Part shown: in pieces, positions 1-16,425 of the stretch
Numbering within the stretch: position 1 is the stretch's first letter
How the letters are laid out: each line of letters starts with the position of its first letter
Assembly (NCBI GenBank): GCA_013265495.1
Contig: MU058769.1
Span: forward strand, 706,477-770,476
Direction of reading: 5' to 3'
Source: Vicugna vicugna
Taxonomy: Eukaryota
Length of the DNA: 64,000 nt
Notes under the pieces: model-generated
Told to the model about the DNA's origin: nothing
Seen by the model: the letters and a program-made list of their open reading frames with translations, nothing else
Database searches by the model: none
Made by a program: the position numbers and the translations under genes

Positions 1-26
1 GGACTCGGGGCCAGCGCGCGGAGGGC

Positions 27-33
27 TATTTAA
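27..33 (+). promoter_or_regulatory. TATA-like box (TATTTAA) in the CpG-rich promoter of SLC26A10
   Basis: TATTTAA at 27-33 in otherwise GC-rich sequence, 34 nt upstream of the ATG at 67. Confidence 0.5.
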
Positions 34-66
34 GACTGGGCGGAGTTGGAGGTGGCCGAGAGCACA

Positions 67-3000
67 ATGAGTGGGCTCCTGGGCGCCAGGACCTGCCCAG
101 GTCCGGGAGAGACCTCCGACCTTAAGTTCCCCCTGGGCGCCAAGTTCAGGGAACCGCTTACCGAGGCCCGGTTCCAGCAGCTCTTCGGGGACGCAGAGCA
201 GGAGCCCGAGCCGCTGGCGGAGCCTCGCTGGTCCCGGCTGCGCGGGCTCTGGAGGCGGCGGGCCGGCGCCCGTTCCGGACCGGGGGCGTGGCGCCTGCTG
301 CTGGCGCGGCTGCCCCCGCTGCGCTGGCTGCCCCGGTACCGCTGGCGGGCCTGGCTGCTGGGGGATGCGGTGGCCGGAGTGACCGTGGGCATCGTGCACG
401 TGCCCCAGGGTGAGAGGCCCCAATAGCAGCCTGTCAGGGGCCCAAGCTCTAGAGGGCTTTGGGTTGGCATGGGGCCTGGGACCTGGGACCGGGAGCGAAG
501 GTGGGTTAGTGTGGCTGAGGGTTCGGCGACCCGGATCTGAGGCCAAGTTCTGGCCAAGGACTGTGGACCTCCGTCAGATCCCCACCCTCCAGCTCCCCTC
601 ATCTGCGCAATCCTGCGAGAAGTCTTGGACACGTTCTGGCTCAGGGAACTGGAGAGAGGCCCGATGCCTGCCCCCCAGGACTCAGCCGACACGGATCTCT
701 GAACTTGTTCGCCCCACGACCTCCCACCGAGGTCCCTTAACCCCTCAGTTCCCGCATGTGGCGTGATTTAGCGTCCCGGTGCCAGCCTCCCAGAGTGTGG
801 GAAAGGAAGGGGGTCCTGGAGGCTGGGAACCCCCACACCCCCCCACCCCACACACTGAAAATCAATCATTTTTCCCATTACTCCCCCAGGCATGGCTTTT
901 GCTCTCCTGACCTCCGTGCCCCCAGTATTTGGACTCTACACTTCTTTTTTCCCTGTCCTCATCTACACCTTGTTGGGTACTGGGAGACATCTGTCCACGG
1001 GTGAGTGACCCAGTGACTTCTCTCCTCTGTGGGGGTGAAATGAACAGGGGTTTCAGGCTTCCAGTTCTTATACTCTATCTCTTATTCCCCTCTTCACATC
1101 CCCCACCATCCTGTCCACCCCTTCCGCTACCCTGCTATGATCCTCTGACCTAGGCAATGCTTGCTGGAGGTGCTAAGTCGGTGCAAAGAGGCGGGAGTTT
1201 ACTCAGACTTTTCCTCCCCATGAAATTTGGCTAAAACGAATGTCCCTTAAGACTTGGAAGAGGGGAGAGAATATGCACTGTCACCCAAAGGAGCAAGCAG
1301 TCTGCAGGGCATGTGCAAGAGGGGGCTGATGCAGTTGGGGGCAGTTTTGCAGTGGGTGCTCCCTTCTTTCCTCACCAGGGGTTCTGGGCTTCTCTTGGTT
1401 CCATGGTCTTCACCTGAGCAGCAGCCTTCTAGGACAGGGGGCCTGATGGCAACATGGGGGGGGGCTGGGAGTTGCTGCGCCCAAGCAGCACAGCTGGCGA
1501 TTTCTGCGTTTGTCCCGGGGCCCTAGGAACTTTCGCGGTACTCAGCCTCATGACAGGCTCCGCCGTGGAGCGGCTGGTGCCCGAACCTCTCGAGGGGAAC
1601 TTGAGCGGAATCGAGAGGGAACAGTTGGATGCTCAGCGGGTTGGTGCCGCGGCGGCCGTGGCCTTCGGGAGCGGGGCACTGATGGTGAGGGAGGACCTTG
1701 GGGGAGGACTCTGGGGGATCCACGCTGGGGACCATGGAACTGGGCCAGGGGAGGAGGCGGCGGGGACAAGTCTCCAGCACCGGTCTGGGCGGGAGAGGTG
1801 CCCGGAGAAGCTGGCGCACTGCACTCTGGCTGGTCCGCTCCTCCTCCAGTGATGAGTGATGATGGCGCATCTTCTCTCCTGCAGCTGGGGATGTTCGCGC
1901 TGCAGCTCGGCATCCTGGCCACCTTTCTGTCGGAACCTGTGGTCAAAGCGCTGACCAGCGGGGCTGCCCTACACGTGCTCGTGTCCCAGCTGCCCAGCCT
2001 TTTGGGGTTGCCCCTCCCGCGCCAGATCGGCTGCTTCGCTCTCTTCAAGGTGGGGGTGGGAGAAGAGCGAAGAAGCTTCTGGCTGTCCCGGGAAGACAGG
2101 AACCCGAAAAGGAAGGAATGGCTGCGAGTGGAGGGATAGTGTGTGGCGGGGGCGGAGAAGAAGTCAGAACCATGTGGCTGAATGAGGGTCGCTACGGAGG
2201 TGAAAGCTCTGATGCGAGCCAGGAGAGAGGGCCTCGCCTTGGTCTGGGGGGTCCGCGCTGAGGGCAGTCGACCTGGCTCGGGGCCCTCTGCTCACCGCCC
2301 CTGCCCGCAGACGCTGGCCGCCGTGCTGACGGCGCTGCCCCGGAGCAGCCCCGCCGAACTGACCATCTCCGCACTCAGCTTGGCGCTGCTCGTGCCGGTG
2401 AAGGAACTGAATGTGAGATTTCGAGACAAGCTACCCACCCCGATCCCAGGGGAAATCGTCATGGTGAGGATGGCTCCTGGGTCCCGGCCTCTGGCACCGC
2501 ACAAACCCTGCCCATCCTGTAGGAACTGGCCGCTGCCGCCCCCTCGTGGAGTGCAGAGAGGTCACAGATGAGAGGCCTTGCTTATGCGGTACTTCTCCAG
2601 GCCTCTTCCCGAAACACTTTGACGCTCCGAAATCCCCCATCCACACGTTTCCCTTCTCTCCTGAAGCCTGCGGCGGAGCTCTCAGAAAGCCTTCTTCCTC
2701 CTTACAGCGGTCCCACAGAACCTCCACTCCCTCTCTCTCCTCACCCACGGCTCATCTCCCTCCCCACATCCACCTACATTTCTCTTTCTCCCCAGCTAAT
2801 TAAATATTCCACATCCCCACAGATAACCCATATGTCCCTAGATGTAACCCAGCTTCCCTACTTGGAATGGCTTGGTTATATTTCTTGATATACACCATCG
2901 CTTATAGCAGCTCTCTCTGATTTCCTCCAGTCCATCTCTCTCCATAAGTCCAGGCATACATCATCCTCATTTCCGTCCCCACGCTCCCTCACTCTAAATC

Positions 3001-6000
3001 AGTTGTCGGGCACTCATCCCAAACACATCCCCAGCCTGCTGGGCTCCTGCAACCATGGGACCGGCGTTACAATCCTCTCTCATGTCCAGCCCCTTCTAGC
3101 CTCTGCCAGGAGCCTATCTCCTCCCATGCCCACATTTCCTCTCTTTCTCAGGTGCTTCTGGCCTCTGTGCTCTGCTTCACCTCTTCCCTGGACACAAGAT
3201 ACAATGTCCAGATAGTGGGATTGCTGCCCGGAGGGTAAGAGATAATGAAAAGACACCAACTTTCTTTTTTCACAACTCTGTCTCTCAACACCTCCTCCTC
3301 TCTCTTCCCCATAGCCTCCTTATACCCCAGCCATCCTCACCACGGATCCCTCTCTCTTTCTAGATTTCCTCAACCTCTCCTTCCCAGTCTAGCTGAGCTG
3401 CCCAGGATTCTGGCTGACTCGCTGCCCATGGCACTGGTTACCTTTGCTGTGTCCGCCTCCCTGGCCTCCATCTATGCAGACAAGTACAGCTACACTATTG
3501 ACTCCAACCAGGTGTGACTTTGAGTGAGGACCCCAGCCTCATTCCAGGGACAACTCCCTCATGTGACTCCCCACTCCCCACACATGACTTGGTCTCTCTC
3601 CTTTTCATCTCACTGCATCCCTCCAGGAGCTCTTGGCGCATGGGGTCTCCAACCTCGTCTCCTCCCTCTTCTCTTGCTTTCCCAACTCGGCCACGTTGGC
3701 CACGACCAGCCTACTAGTGGATGCTGGTGGGAACACACAGGTAAGAGCCTGTCCTTGGATGAGAAGAAGGGGGAAGAGGCATCCAGTTTGGGTGGTGGTG
3801 GAACAGGTGGAAGACTGGTAGATACCCTGGTGGCAGCTCTATAGAGGAGGATGGGAATCTGTGAGGGGAGGTGAGTGTGGGGATGGGACTATCTAGGTAG
3901 GAGAGATTGAAGAGAAGAAATCTCCATTAAGACCTTTATAGACTCTAAGCACTGAAAAAGGTACCCTTTATGTAGTTCAAAATAAGAACAATACTAATAT
4001 GGAAGATAAACTTTAAAAACAAAATTCTGATTTTTTTCCTTGTGAGGACATTTTCTTTTAAAAAGAAATATCATATGTCAAAGTCTCTCCCTAATATTTC
4101 TGGCTTCCCATACTTTCCTGGTGCCCTAAGCATCTGTTTAGTCTGCTTTTAGGTTAATCTACCAGTGGTTTTTTAGGGACACTGAACTACATCTTGGGGG
4201 AATCTGGCAAATGATAGGCATTTAACTGGGGGAGAGGAAAGGTAGGTGTGAGTGGCAGAATATCAAGAAGGGAGTTGAGGGGTGAGGAATATCTGTGTGG
4301 CGGTGTGGAGGGGATTTGGGAGGAGGGAGCCTTCCAAGGATGGCGAAGCAGACGGTGGGTGGGGTTCCCTCCCTTCTTTGCTTCTGTCCCTCCATCCCTC
4401 CTCCCCTCCAGCTGGCAGGCCTTTTTTCCTGCCTGGTTGTCCTGTCTGTGCTGCTGTGGCTGGGGCCCTTCTTCTACTATCTGCCCAAGGTAAGCAGCAG
4501 AGAAGGTGGAGGGATGGCTGGGGGGTGGGTGGCTCTATCTCAGTATGCTGGGGAGGTCAGCTCACCTCCTCTGCCCCAAGGCTGTCCTGGCCTGCATCAA
4601 CATCTCCAGCATGCGCCAGATGTTCTTCCAGATGCAGGAGCTTCCACAACTGTGGCGCATCAGCCGCGTGGACTTTGTGAGAAATGGCAGCATTACCCTC
4701 AGATTTACCCTCAGATTGCCCCTCCCATCTTCCCCAGAATCCCCAACCCCTGCCCTGGATCAAAGCTAAGTGTCCCAGTCCTAAGTTCTGCACCCAACCC
4801 ACCCCCAACATGTATACCTCCTCATCCCTTTATTCAGAGACAAGATGAAGGGTGGAGCTTGAACCTCTTCAGACTTGAATATTTATAACTCCCCAGGTGG
4901 TTCAAGGGGTAGTTACATCTGGGGGGAATCCCCATTATGTCAGTCCTGCCCCCTCCATCGTCCTTTCCACTTTCTCCTGAGCCATCCCTCCCCATTACTT
5001 GCCCAGGTAGTCACTGCCCCTGGACCCCTTTTCCTGGCAGTGATGGCCTGGCATTCCTTCTGGGCATTTCACTCCCATCTATGTCCTGCAGGCTGTGTGG
5101 ATGGTCACATGGGTGGCTGTAGTGACCCTGAGCGTGGACCTGGGTCTGGCTGTAGGTGTGGTCTTCTCCATGATGACTGTGGTCTGCCGCACCCAGAGGT
5201 GGGAGGAGAGATGAGGGGAGTCGAGAGGAGGGGAGAGAACAGAGTGCTTGGGGTGACTCTCCAGCCAGCTCAGGCTGGGAATCTGACCCCAGCTTCCTGC
5301 CTAGGGTCCGGTGCCTGGCACTTGGACTGGCCGAGGGGACAGAGCTCTACAGGCCACTCCGAGAGAGCCACAAGGTGGGTGGGCTACAGCCAAAGCAGGA
5401 AGGGGAGATTGGACTGGAATGTTTCACTGACCCTCTGGCCCCTTAGCTCCTCCAGGTCCCAGGGCTCTGCATCCTGAGCTATCCAACACCACTCTACTTT
5501 GGAACCCGTGGGCAGTTTCGCCGCATCCTGGAGTGGCATTTGAGGCTTGGAGAAGGAGGCCAGGTGAGGGATTTGGTCAAAAGGAGCGTATGGCTTCTTT
5601 GGGGGTGGGAGGCAGGTGGGTGTTCTGGGGGGGTCATTGTGCTCAAGGGGTACATGTTCATGCTTGTGTCTCAGAGGTGGTGACTGCCCTTCTCTACTCA
5701 CAGCTCACTCCAAAGACAGACAGCCCACCTGATGCAGGTGAGATGGGATGACAAGGAAGGAGATTTGGGCACGACCCGTGGAGGCATCAGGGTACTCTTG
5801 CTTTCTCCCATCCTAGTTGCTGAGCCTGTCAGAGTGGTGGTCCTAGACTGCAGTGGTGTCACCTTTGCAGATGCTGCAGGGGCCAGAGAAGTGGTTCAGG
5901 TGAGGGAGAGGGTAGGTTAAGGAGACAGTCCCCTTCTCATCCCATGAATACTCTCTGATGTAGGATTTAACCCCTCTCCCCCCACCCCCACAGCTGGCCA

Positions 6001-6624
6001 GCCGATGCCGAGATGCTGGGATCCACTTTCTCCTGGCTCAATGTAATGGTGAGAGGTGGAGGGTGGAGGGACCTGGAGACTGGGGAATGACCAGACATTT
6101 GGGGGGAGGGAAGAGGACACAGTGTGGATGGAGGGCCTGAGAGCCTGGCCCCCCTCTCCACACAGCCTCAGTGCTGGGGACGCTGACCCAGGCAGGACTC
6201 CTGGACAGAGTGACCCCAGAACAGCTGTTTGTGAGTGTCCAGGATGCAGCTGCATATGCCCTGGAGAGACTGGTGAGGAGGCAGTAGCAGCGGGAGTGGA
6301 AGCCAGGAGGTGCTGGGCTATGGCGAGGGAGGTGTGAGTCAGTGGCTGAAGATCCAGGCAGAGGGATTGCGAAGAGGGCTGAGGAGGAAGATGAAGGAGG
6401 AAGGGGTAGGGGTGAAATGATCAGTTGATTTAAGACTAAGCCAGAGAGACTGGGTCCAGCTGTGGGTGAAGAGCTGAGGAACTTAGGTTCCAAGGCAGGT
6501 GGTGTGCCCCTCAGAGGTCTGGCAAATCTTGGGTGAGGGAGGGGGACAGCTGACCTATTTCTGACATGTCCCTTCCCTTTCCCAGGAGCTCACTGGTCCA
6601 AAGACTTGCACAGTGTGGGTCTGA
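67..6624 (+). CDS. SLC26A10: SLC26/SulP family anion transporter, member 10; 18 coding exons, ~686 aa, intact
   Basis: Exons read by hand with GT..AG ends and matching phases: 67-409, 890-1000, 1527-1684, 1885-2049, 2311-2463, 3152-3234, 3364-3511, 3627-3740, 4412-4489, 4581-4676, 5092-5198, 5305-5374, 5447-5563 (alternative in-frame acceptor at 5456), 5704-5737, 5817-5899, 5994-6048, 6166-6272, 6586-6624 (TGA 6622-6624). Total 2061 nt. SLC26 signatures: [62 protein letters not shown], and STAS motifs [12 protein letters not shown] and LFVSVQDA. Adjacent to B4GALNT1 as expected from synteny. Confidence 0.93.
3925..4168. mobile_element. Degenerate DNA-transposon relic (MER91-like, hAT) in SLC26A10 intron 8
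   Basis: AT-rich island in a GC-rich intron. The terminus ...ggtgccctaagcatctgtttagtctgcttttaggttaatctaccagtgg resembles MER91-type ends (recognition only). Confidence 0.3.
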
Positions 6625-6696
6625 CCAGGTCACTCAAATTGTGGAGGGCCCCAACAGTGCATGTGTGAAGAGGACCATGGCCCCTGTGCCCCCTTA

Positions 6697-6702
6697 TTTA
6701 AT
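6697..6702 (-). terminator. Candidate polyadenylation signal ATTAAA of B4GALNT1
   Basis: TTTAAT on + is ATTAAA on -. It is the first canonical hexamer I found downstream of the B4GALNT1 stop codon (7313). Confidence 0.5.
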
Positions 6703-6708
6703 GTAACT

Positions 6709-6714
6709 AATAAA
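6709..6714 (+). terminator. Polyadenylation signal AATAAA of SLC26A10
   Basis: AATAAA 85 nt after the TGA, followed by GT-containing sequence (gtgagtctgggtgtct). Confidence 0.7.
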
Positions 6715-7312
6715 ACAAAGCTGAGAGCCTCTGGATTCATGAAGTGAGTCTGGGTGTCTGCACTCGGACCCTTGATGCCCCTTCCTCCATGCCCACAGCA
6801 CTGCAGAGACACAACTGAAAATGGCTTTCACCTGTGTGTTCCAGAGTGAACACAGCAGCTCCAGAGTACCAGTTTTCTCTATGGGGTGGGGCTGCAGCCG
6901 CTGCAGATTCCTGGATCCAGAGATGGGGGGGCCCAGGCCTGGGAATAGATGCTGGGGGCTTCCCCATCCCCGTAGTCCCAAGGAGATGACAGGAGAGTGT
7001 TTTCACTTTAGGTTCTTAGAGTCCCAGTGGGCTCTTTGGCACTTGGAAAGCAACGCCCCAATTCCTGCCCCACGAGAAGGGGGTGGGAGGAGGACTTGGC
7101 ACTGGCTGTGGGATGAGTTATGGCTCCATCATGCCCCTGGGCACTCACAGAAAGGCGGAGTGTCACCAGGACAAGCCCCTATTTGGGATCAAGTTCTGAA
7201 GGAGACTGGGGACAGTCAGTGGAGTGGTCACTGGCCGGTGGGGTTTGCTAGAAATCCTGGCAGGGACAAGGAGGCAGGCCCAGCCTGACAGCTGGAAGGC
7301 CAAGGGTGGCCA

Positions 7313-12635
<5,323 letters not shown>

Positions 12636-13182
12636 CCTGAGTGGGCGGTAGGGTGGGGGAGTGAGAAAGATGGGGAGGGAAGGCTCCTGCCTGCCCCCCG
12701 GGTGCTCTCCAGGATTTGCACAGCGAATCGGTCCCCTGGTCCCCCTCCCCTCACTTCCCGGGCCTCGGGTCTCCTGGCTTCCTTTCTTGTCGCCCTCTCC
12801 CGCGTCTCGCTTTCCTCTCACGCCCGAGGCCCGGCATCTTGAAGCAAGAGACCTTTGGATGTGGTGATTTCGACGCGGTGGCTCGTAAGTAGAGGAGCAT
12901 CGCTTTATTAGAACATCAGACGTCCCCGAGCCCGCCGCCTCCTCTGGCCCGCGCATCCCCCAACCCCTGAGGCGGAGCATCACCTGGCCCCGAGTGGGCT
13001 GCAGAGGGCAGCGCCACACCTTGCCTGTCACGAAAATGCAGAATCACGCCCGCGCTACTGAGTGGCCCCGGCGGAGGTGACACCGTGAGTGGCCCTGGGA
13101 AGCTGTGCGGGGGACAAGGTGGACCGGCGAGCGCGCCTTCTCCCGCCTCCAGCTCGGCCCCGCATCCCGCCCCGGCACTGAC

Positions 13183-13600
13183 CTGTCTAACGCTCCAAGG
13201 CCGCCGCAAGATTTCGGTCCAGGCTGCGCCAGGCTCTCAGCCCCGGCCCGGGGGTCCTCATGGGGCTGGAGGTGGCCTGATGAGGAGCCGGGCGTGAGCC
13301 TGAGAGCGAGGGGGATCCTCCTGCCTCCGGAGCACGCCTGACCCCTCCCGCCTTCGGGATCGCTGGGCTTTGTAGATCGCGGCTCTAGGGTGGTTCTGGG
13401 CGTTTCCTGCGGGGGTGGGGGGCGGAGTCGAGAAACCGCCACACTCCGACCCCAGGAACAAAGCCGAGGCTCCCCCGCACCCTGTCCCACTTGCCGGGCC
13501 CGGAGGTCTCGGGCCGCCGCCCGGCTCTTCAGATCGCGGCGCCGCGCGGGGAGGCTCCGGGCTGGTTGCGGCGGAGGCTCCGGCTACGCGCGGGGAATGC
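13183..13600 (-). other. B4GALNT1: Putative non-coding first exon (5' UTR) of B4GALNT1; 5' end uncertain
   Basis: Strong donor ACAG|GTCAGT at 13183/13182 on - strand. The exon 2 acceptor at 12637 leaves one G before the ATG, giving a spliced context of gacagg-ATG. Lies within the promoter CpG island. Confidence 0.55.
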
Positions 13601-14189
13601 GAGCGCCGGGGCGCCCTCTAGTGGGCCCCGAGGACACTGCGGGGGCGCGAAGCCGGCGCGGCGCGGAGGTCCTCTCTACGCCACCCGGCCCACTCCCAGC
13701 CCTGCGCCTGCGAGCCCTGGCCTCTCAGCCGCTTGTCCCCGATCCCAGTCATTCTATCCCTAGTCGTTTGGAGCCTCCCTCTCGTCGAAACCGTAGGCAA
13801 GGAAGGGCGACAATGCCACGGGAGGAGGTGGGGCGGGGGTACCCCATAATCCCATTTCAAGGAAGATTTGGGTAGTTAGGATGAGATAAAGGAAGCCAGA
13901 CAAGATGCTGGAAAATCAAGACTGCCTGGCTAACAAAGGCTGGTTCATAGCCCCCCTCCCGCCCCGTTATCTAACAAACACTCCTTAGTTCAAGGGCCTA
14001 CTTCTTCTGACTGCTCCTTGTTGAGGTGTTGGAGGAAGGAAACCCCGAACAGTGGCTAGATTGGTTGTAGTTCTGTGTGCAGGCTGCAAACCTGTAGACT
14101 CCCTTCCTTGCAGCCGGACTCCTGACACTGCCCAAAGTTCTGTGCTTCCGTGGTTCTAATATAAGATGTGTTATGATTTAGTAGTGAAA

Positions 14190-14838
14190 AAAGATATAAT
14201 AAGAAATGAAGAATATAATGAAGACGTGGCGACAGGGGAAGGATGAATGGACAATTAGATTAATTGTACACAAAGAAATGACTGATCAGCTGGGGGGAAA
14301 TGGGATTCTCATGCTCTTTACACCAAAATAAATACTAGATCTATCAACTATTTTAATATTAAAAACGAAGCCATAAATATAGTTAAAGAAATCATGAATT
14401 TGTTTTTTTAAACATAATCTTGGAGTGGGGAAGATATAAAAAGAAATATTAATACATGTATGCCTATATGAAAAACTTGAGTGAAGAAATTTCTGTAAAC
14501 AAACCTGAGAGAGAAATGACAAACTGTGAAAAAATATTTGCAGATAAAGATCAATTTTCCTTAAGAGCTCCAAAGCATCAGTCAGAAAAAATGATCAACT
14601 AACCCCAAATGGTCAAAAATCCTGATTAGGCAGTTGATAGAAAAAGTGAAAATGGCTATTAAATATATGAAAATGAACTTGACCTTATTCATAATAAATA
14701 GGGTGCAAATTAGAATAATAGTAAAATGTTTTTTGATGACCAAGTTAGTAAAGGTCAAAGACTTGACTAACACACTGAGTGGTCAGGTGTTTGGAGAAAC
14801 AGCCACTGCCATGCAGAGTTGTGAGTGTAAACTGGTAC
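14190..14838 (+). mobile_element. Old degenerate L1M fragment (interrupted by the LTR at 14839, resumes at 15387)
   Basis: A-rich L1 ORF2 3'-like sequence (aaaatatttgca, gtgagtgtaaactggtac|...|gtacaac). Confidence 0.6.
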
Positions 14839-15386
14839 TGAAGTGGGAGGAAAAGGGGCAGGGCACAGCCACTGAAGGTATTACACAGCAATTGAGGACA
14901 GGACAAACTGGTGGAACCAAGATGGCGGAAGATTTGACTTCTAGTAGACCTTGCGCCTCATGGCACACCCACAGGCGCCAGGACAGTTCCTAGGCTGAAC
15001 TTAAAAGGTCAAAAGTGGGCAGGGGAGAGCGTTTCCTGGAAATCCTCGCCCCTTCCTCAAAGTAATTGGAATAATCCTCCTACTCATTAGTATGTAAGAT
15101 TACCAGCTCCACAATACCCAACTCCGGCCCCGCCCCTCGTGGTCACCCTCGCTCTGGCTCTGTCGCTCTGCTTCTGTCACTCTAGCTCTGTCATGCTCAC
15201 CTTCTGAGAAGGCCTGCACTCTGAATGTGGAGTGTGTATCTCCTAAGCCATTTTCCTTTTTGAGGGAGACAGACCACACTCTGTCCATGGAGTGTGTATC
15301 TCTCTACATAAACTGACTTTCACTTTACCATGCTTTGCTCTTGAATTCTTTCCTGGGCAAGGCAAGAACCTATTCTTCCTCCAACA
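14839..15386 (+). mobile_element. Solo ERV1-class LTR (548 bp) with 4-bp target-site duplication GTAC
   Basis: Begins TG (14839) and ends CA (15386). GTAC at 14835-14838 and 15387-15390. U5-like end cttgaattctttcctgggcaaggcaagaacc. Splits an older L1. Confidence 0.8.
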
Positions 15387-15599
15387 GTACAACTTATGAC
15401 AGCAGTTGGCCAATCTATTAACATTTCAAATGTGAATCATTTACATTTTAAACATTAGTAAGTTAAAATTTTAAAAACATGGTTCAGTCAGATAATACAA
15501 CACTGCATTAACCTATGTCTACTGATGTTGAATGATATCCAAAGCTGTTAAGCAAAAGAAACAAGGTACAGAACAGCATATATAGTTGTTGGCTCCTGT

Positions 15600-16415
15600 G
15601 TGTGTTTAGCTTCTGGGTTTGGCCAAAATCTGGAAATGAGGTGCTGCCATAATAAAAACCTAAAAATGTGGGAATGGCTTTGGCACTGGGTGTTGGGCCG
15701 AAGCAGGAGGAATTTGAGGAGTGTTAGTGAAAGACCAAAGAATATTGAAGAGCTTGTTAGTAGAAGCCTGATGTCCTTTAAGGAGGCTGCTGATGAAGGG
15801 AAGTGAGGAAAGAAGGGAAACTGAAGGAAAGGATGCCTTTGTTACATTTAGCAACATTGTCATCAGCAGTGGGGTGAAAAGTTTTGAAGGTGCCATCTGA
15901 TTTCTTCTTGCTGCTTTAGTAGAATATGAAAAGAAAGAGATATGCTAAAGGAAGGAATGCTAAACAAAGAGGTTCTGTTGGGTTTGAAAATTCCTAGCCT
16001 CTCCAAGGACCAATGATGCTAAAATAATAATGAGAAAAAATGACTTCCAGCAAAGATCATATCTAGGAAACACTCAAGAAAACATAGTTTGAAAATGGAG
16101 CCAAGGACGTGAACATAAATTCTTTGTTCTGGTTCCTCAGAGATGGTTCAGTCTAACAATAGAACTCTCAGTGGTTGATGAAGCCCAAGGAAGAGAAGGG
16201 CTTAGCTCAGTAATACTTGTGAATATGGCTTTTATTTGCTGTAGTTAACCTCAATAAGATTCACAGGAGACCTATAAAGATTTTCAGAGAATTGTATTTG
16301 CAGAGTTTTATTGATAACACAATAATTCTCTCTTATCAGCCTGATAATAATGTTTGCTGTTTTAAGTCCTCCAGGCTTGGGATAATGTATTACATAGCAA
16401 TAGATAAGTAATACA
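15600..16415 (+). mobile_element. MaLR (MLT1-type) internal fragment plus LTR 3' end
   Basis: aaaatgtgggaatggctttggcactgggt is MaLR-internal-like. The region ends ...tgctgttttaagtc...tacatagcaatagataagtaataca, a typical MLT1 LTR end. Confidence 0.65.
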
Positions 16416-16425
16416 GAATATTACA

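Noticed and set aside
30..692. 220-aa minus-strand ORF antisense to SLC26A10 exon 1
   Set aside because: Low-complexity S/P/R/G product in a CpG island where stop codons are rare; no recognisable domain.
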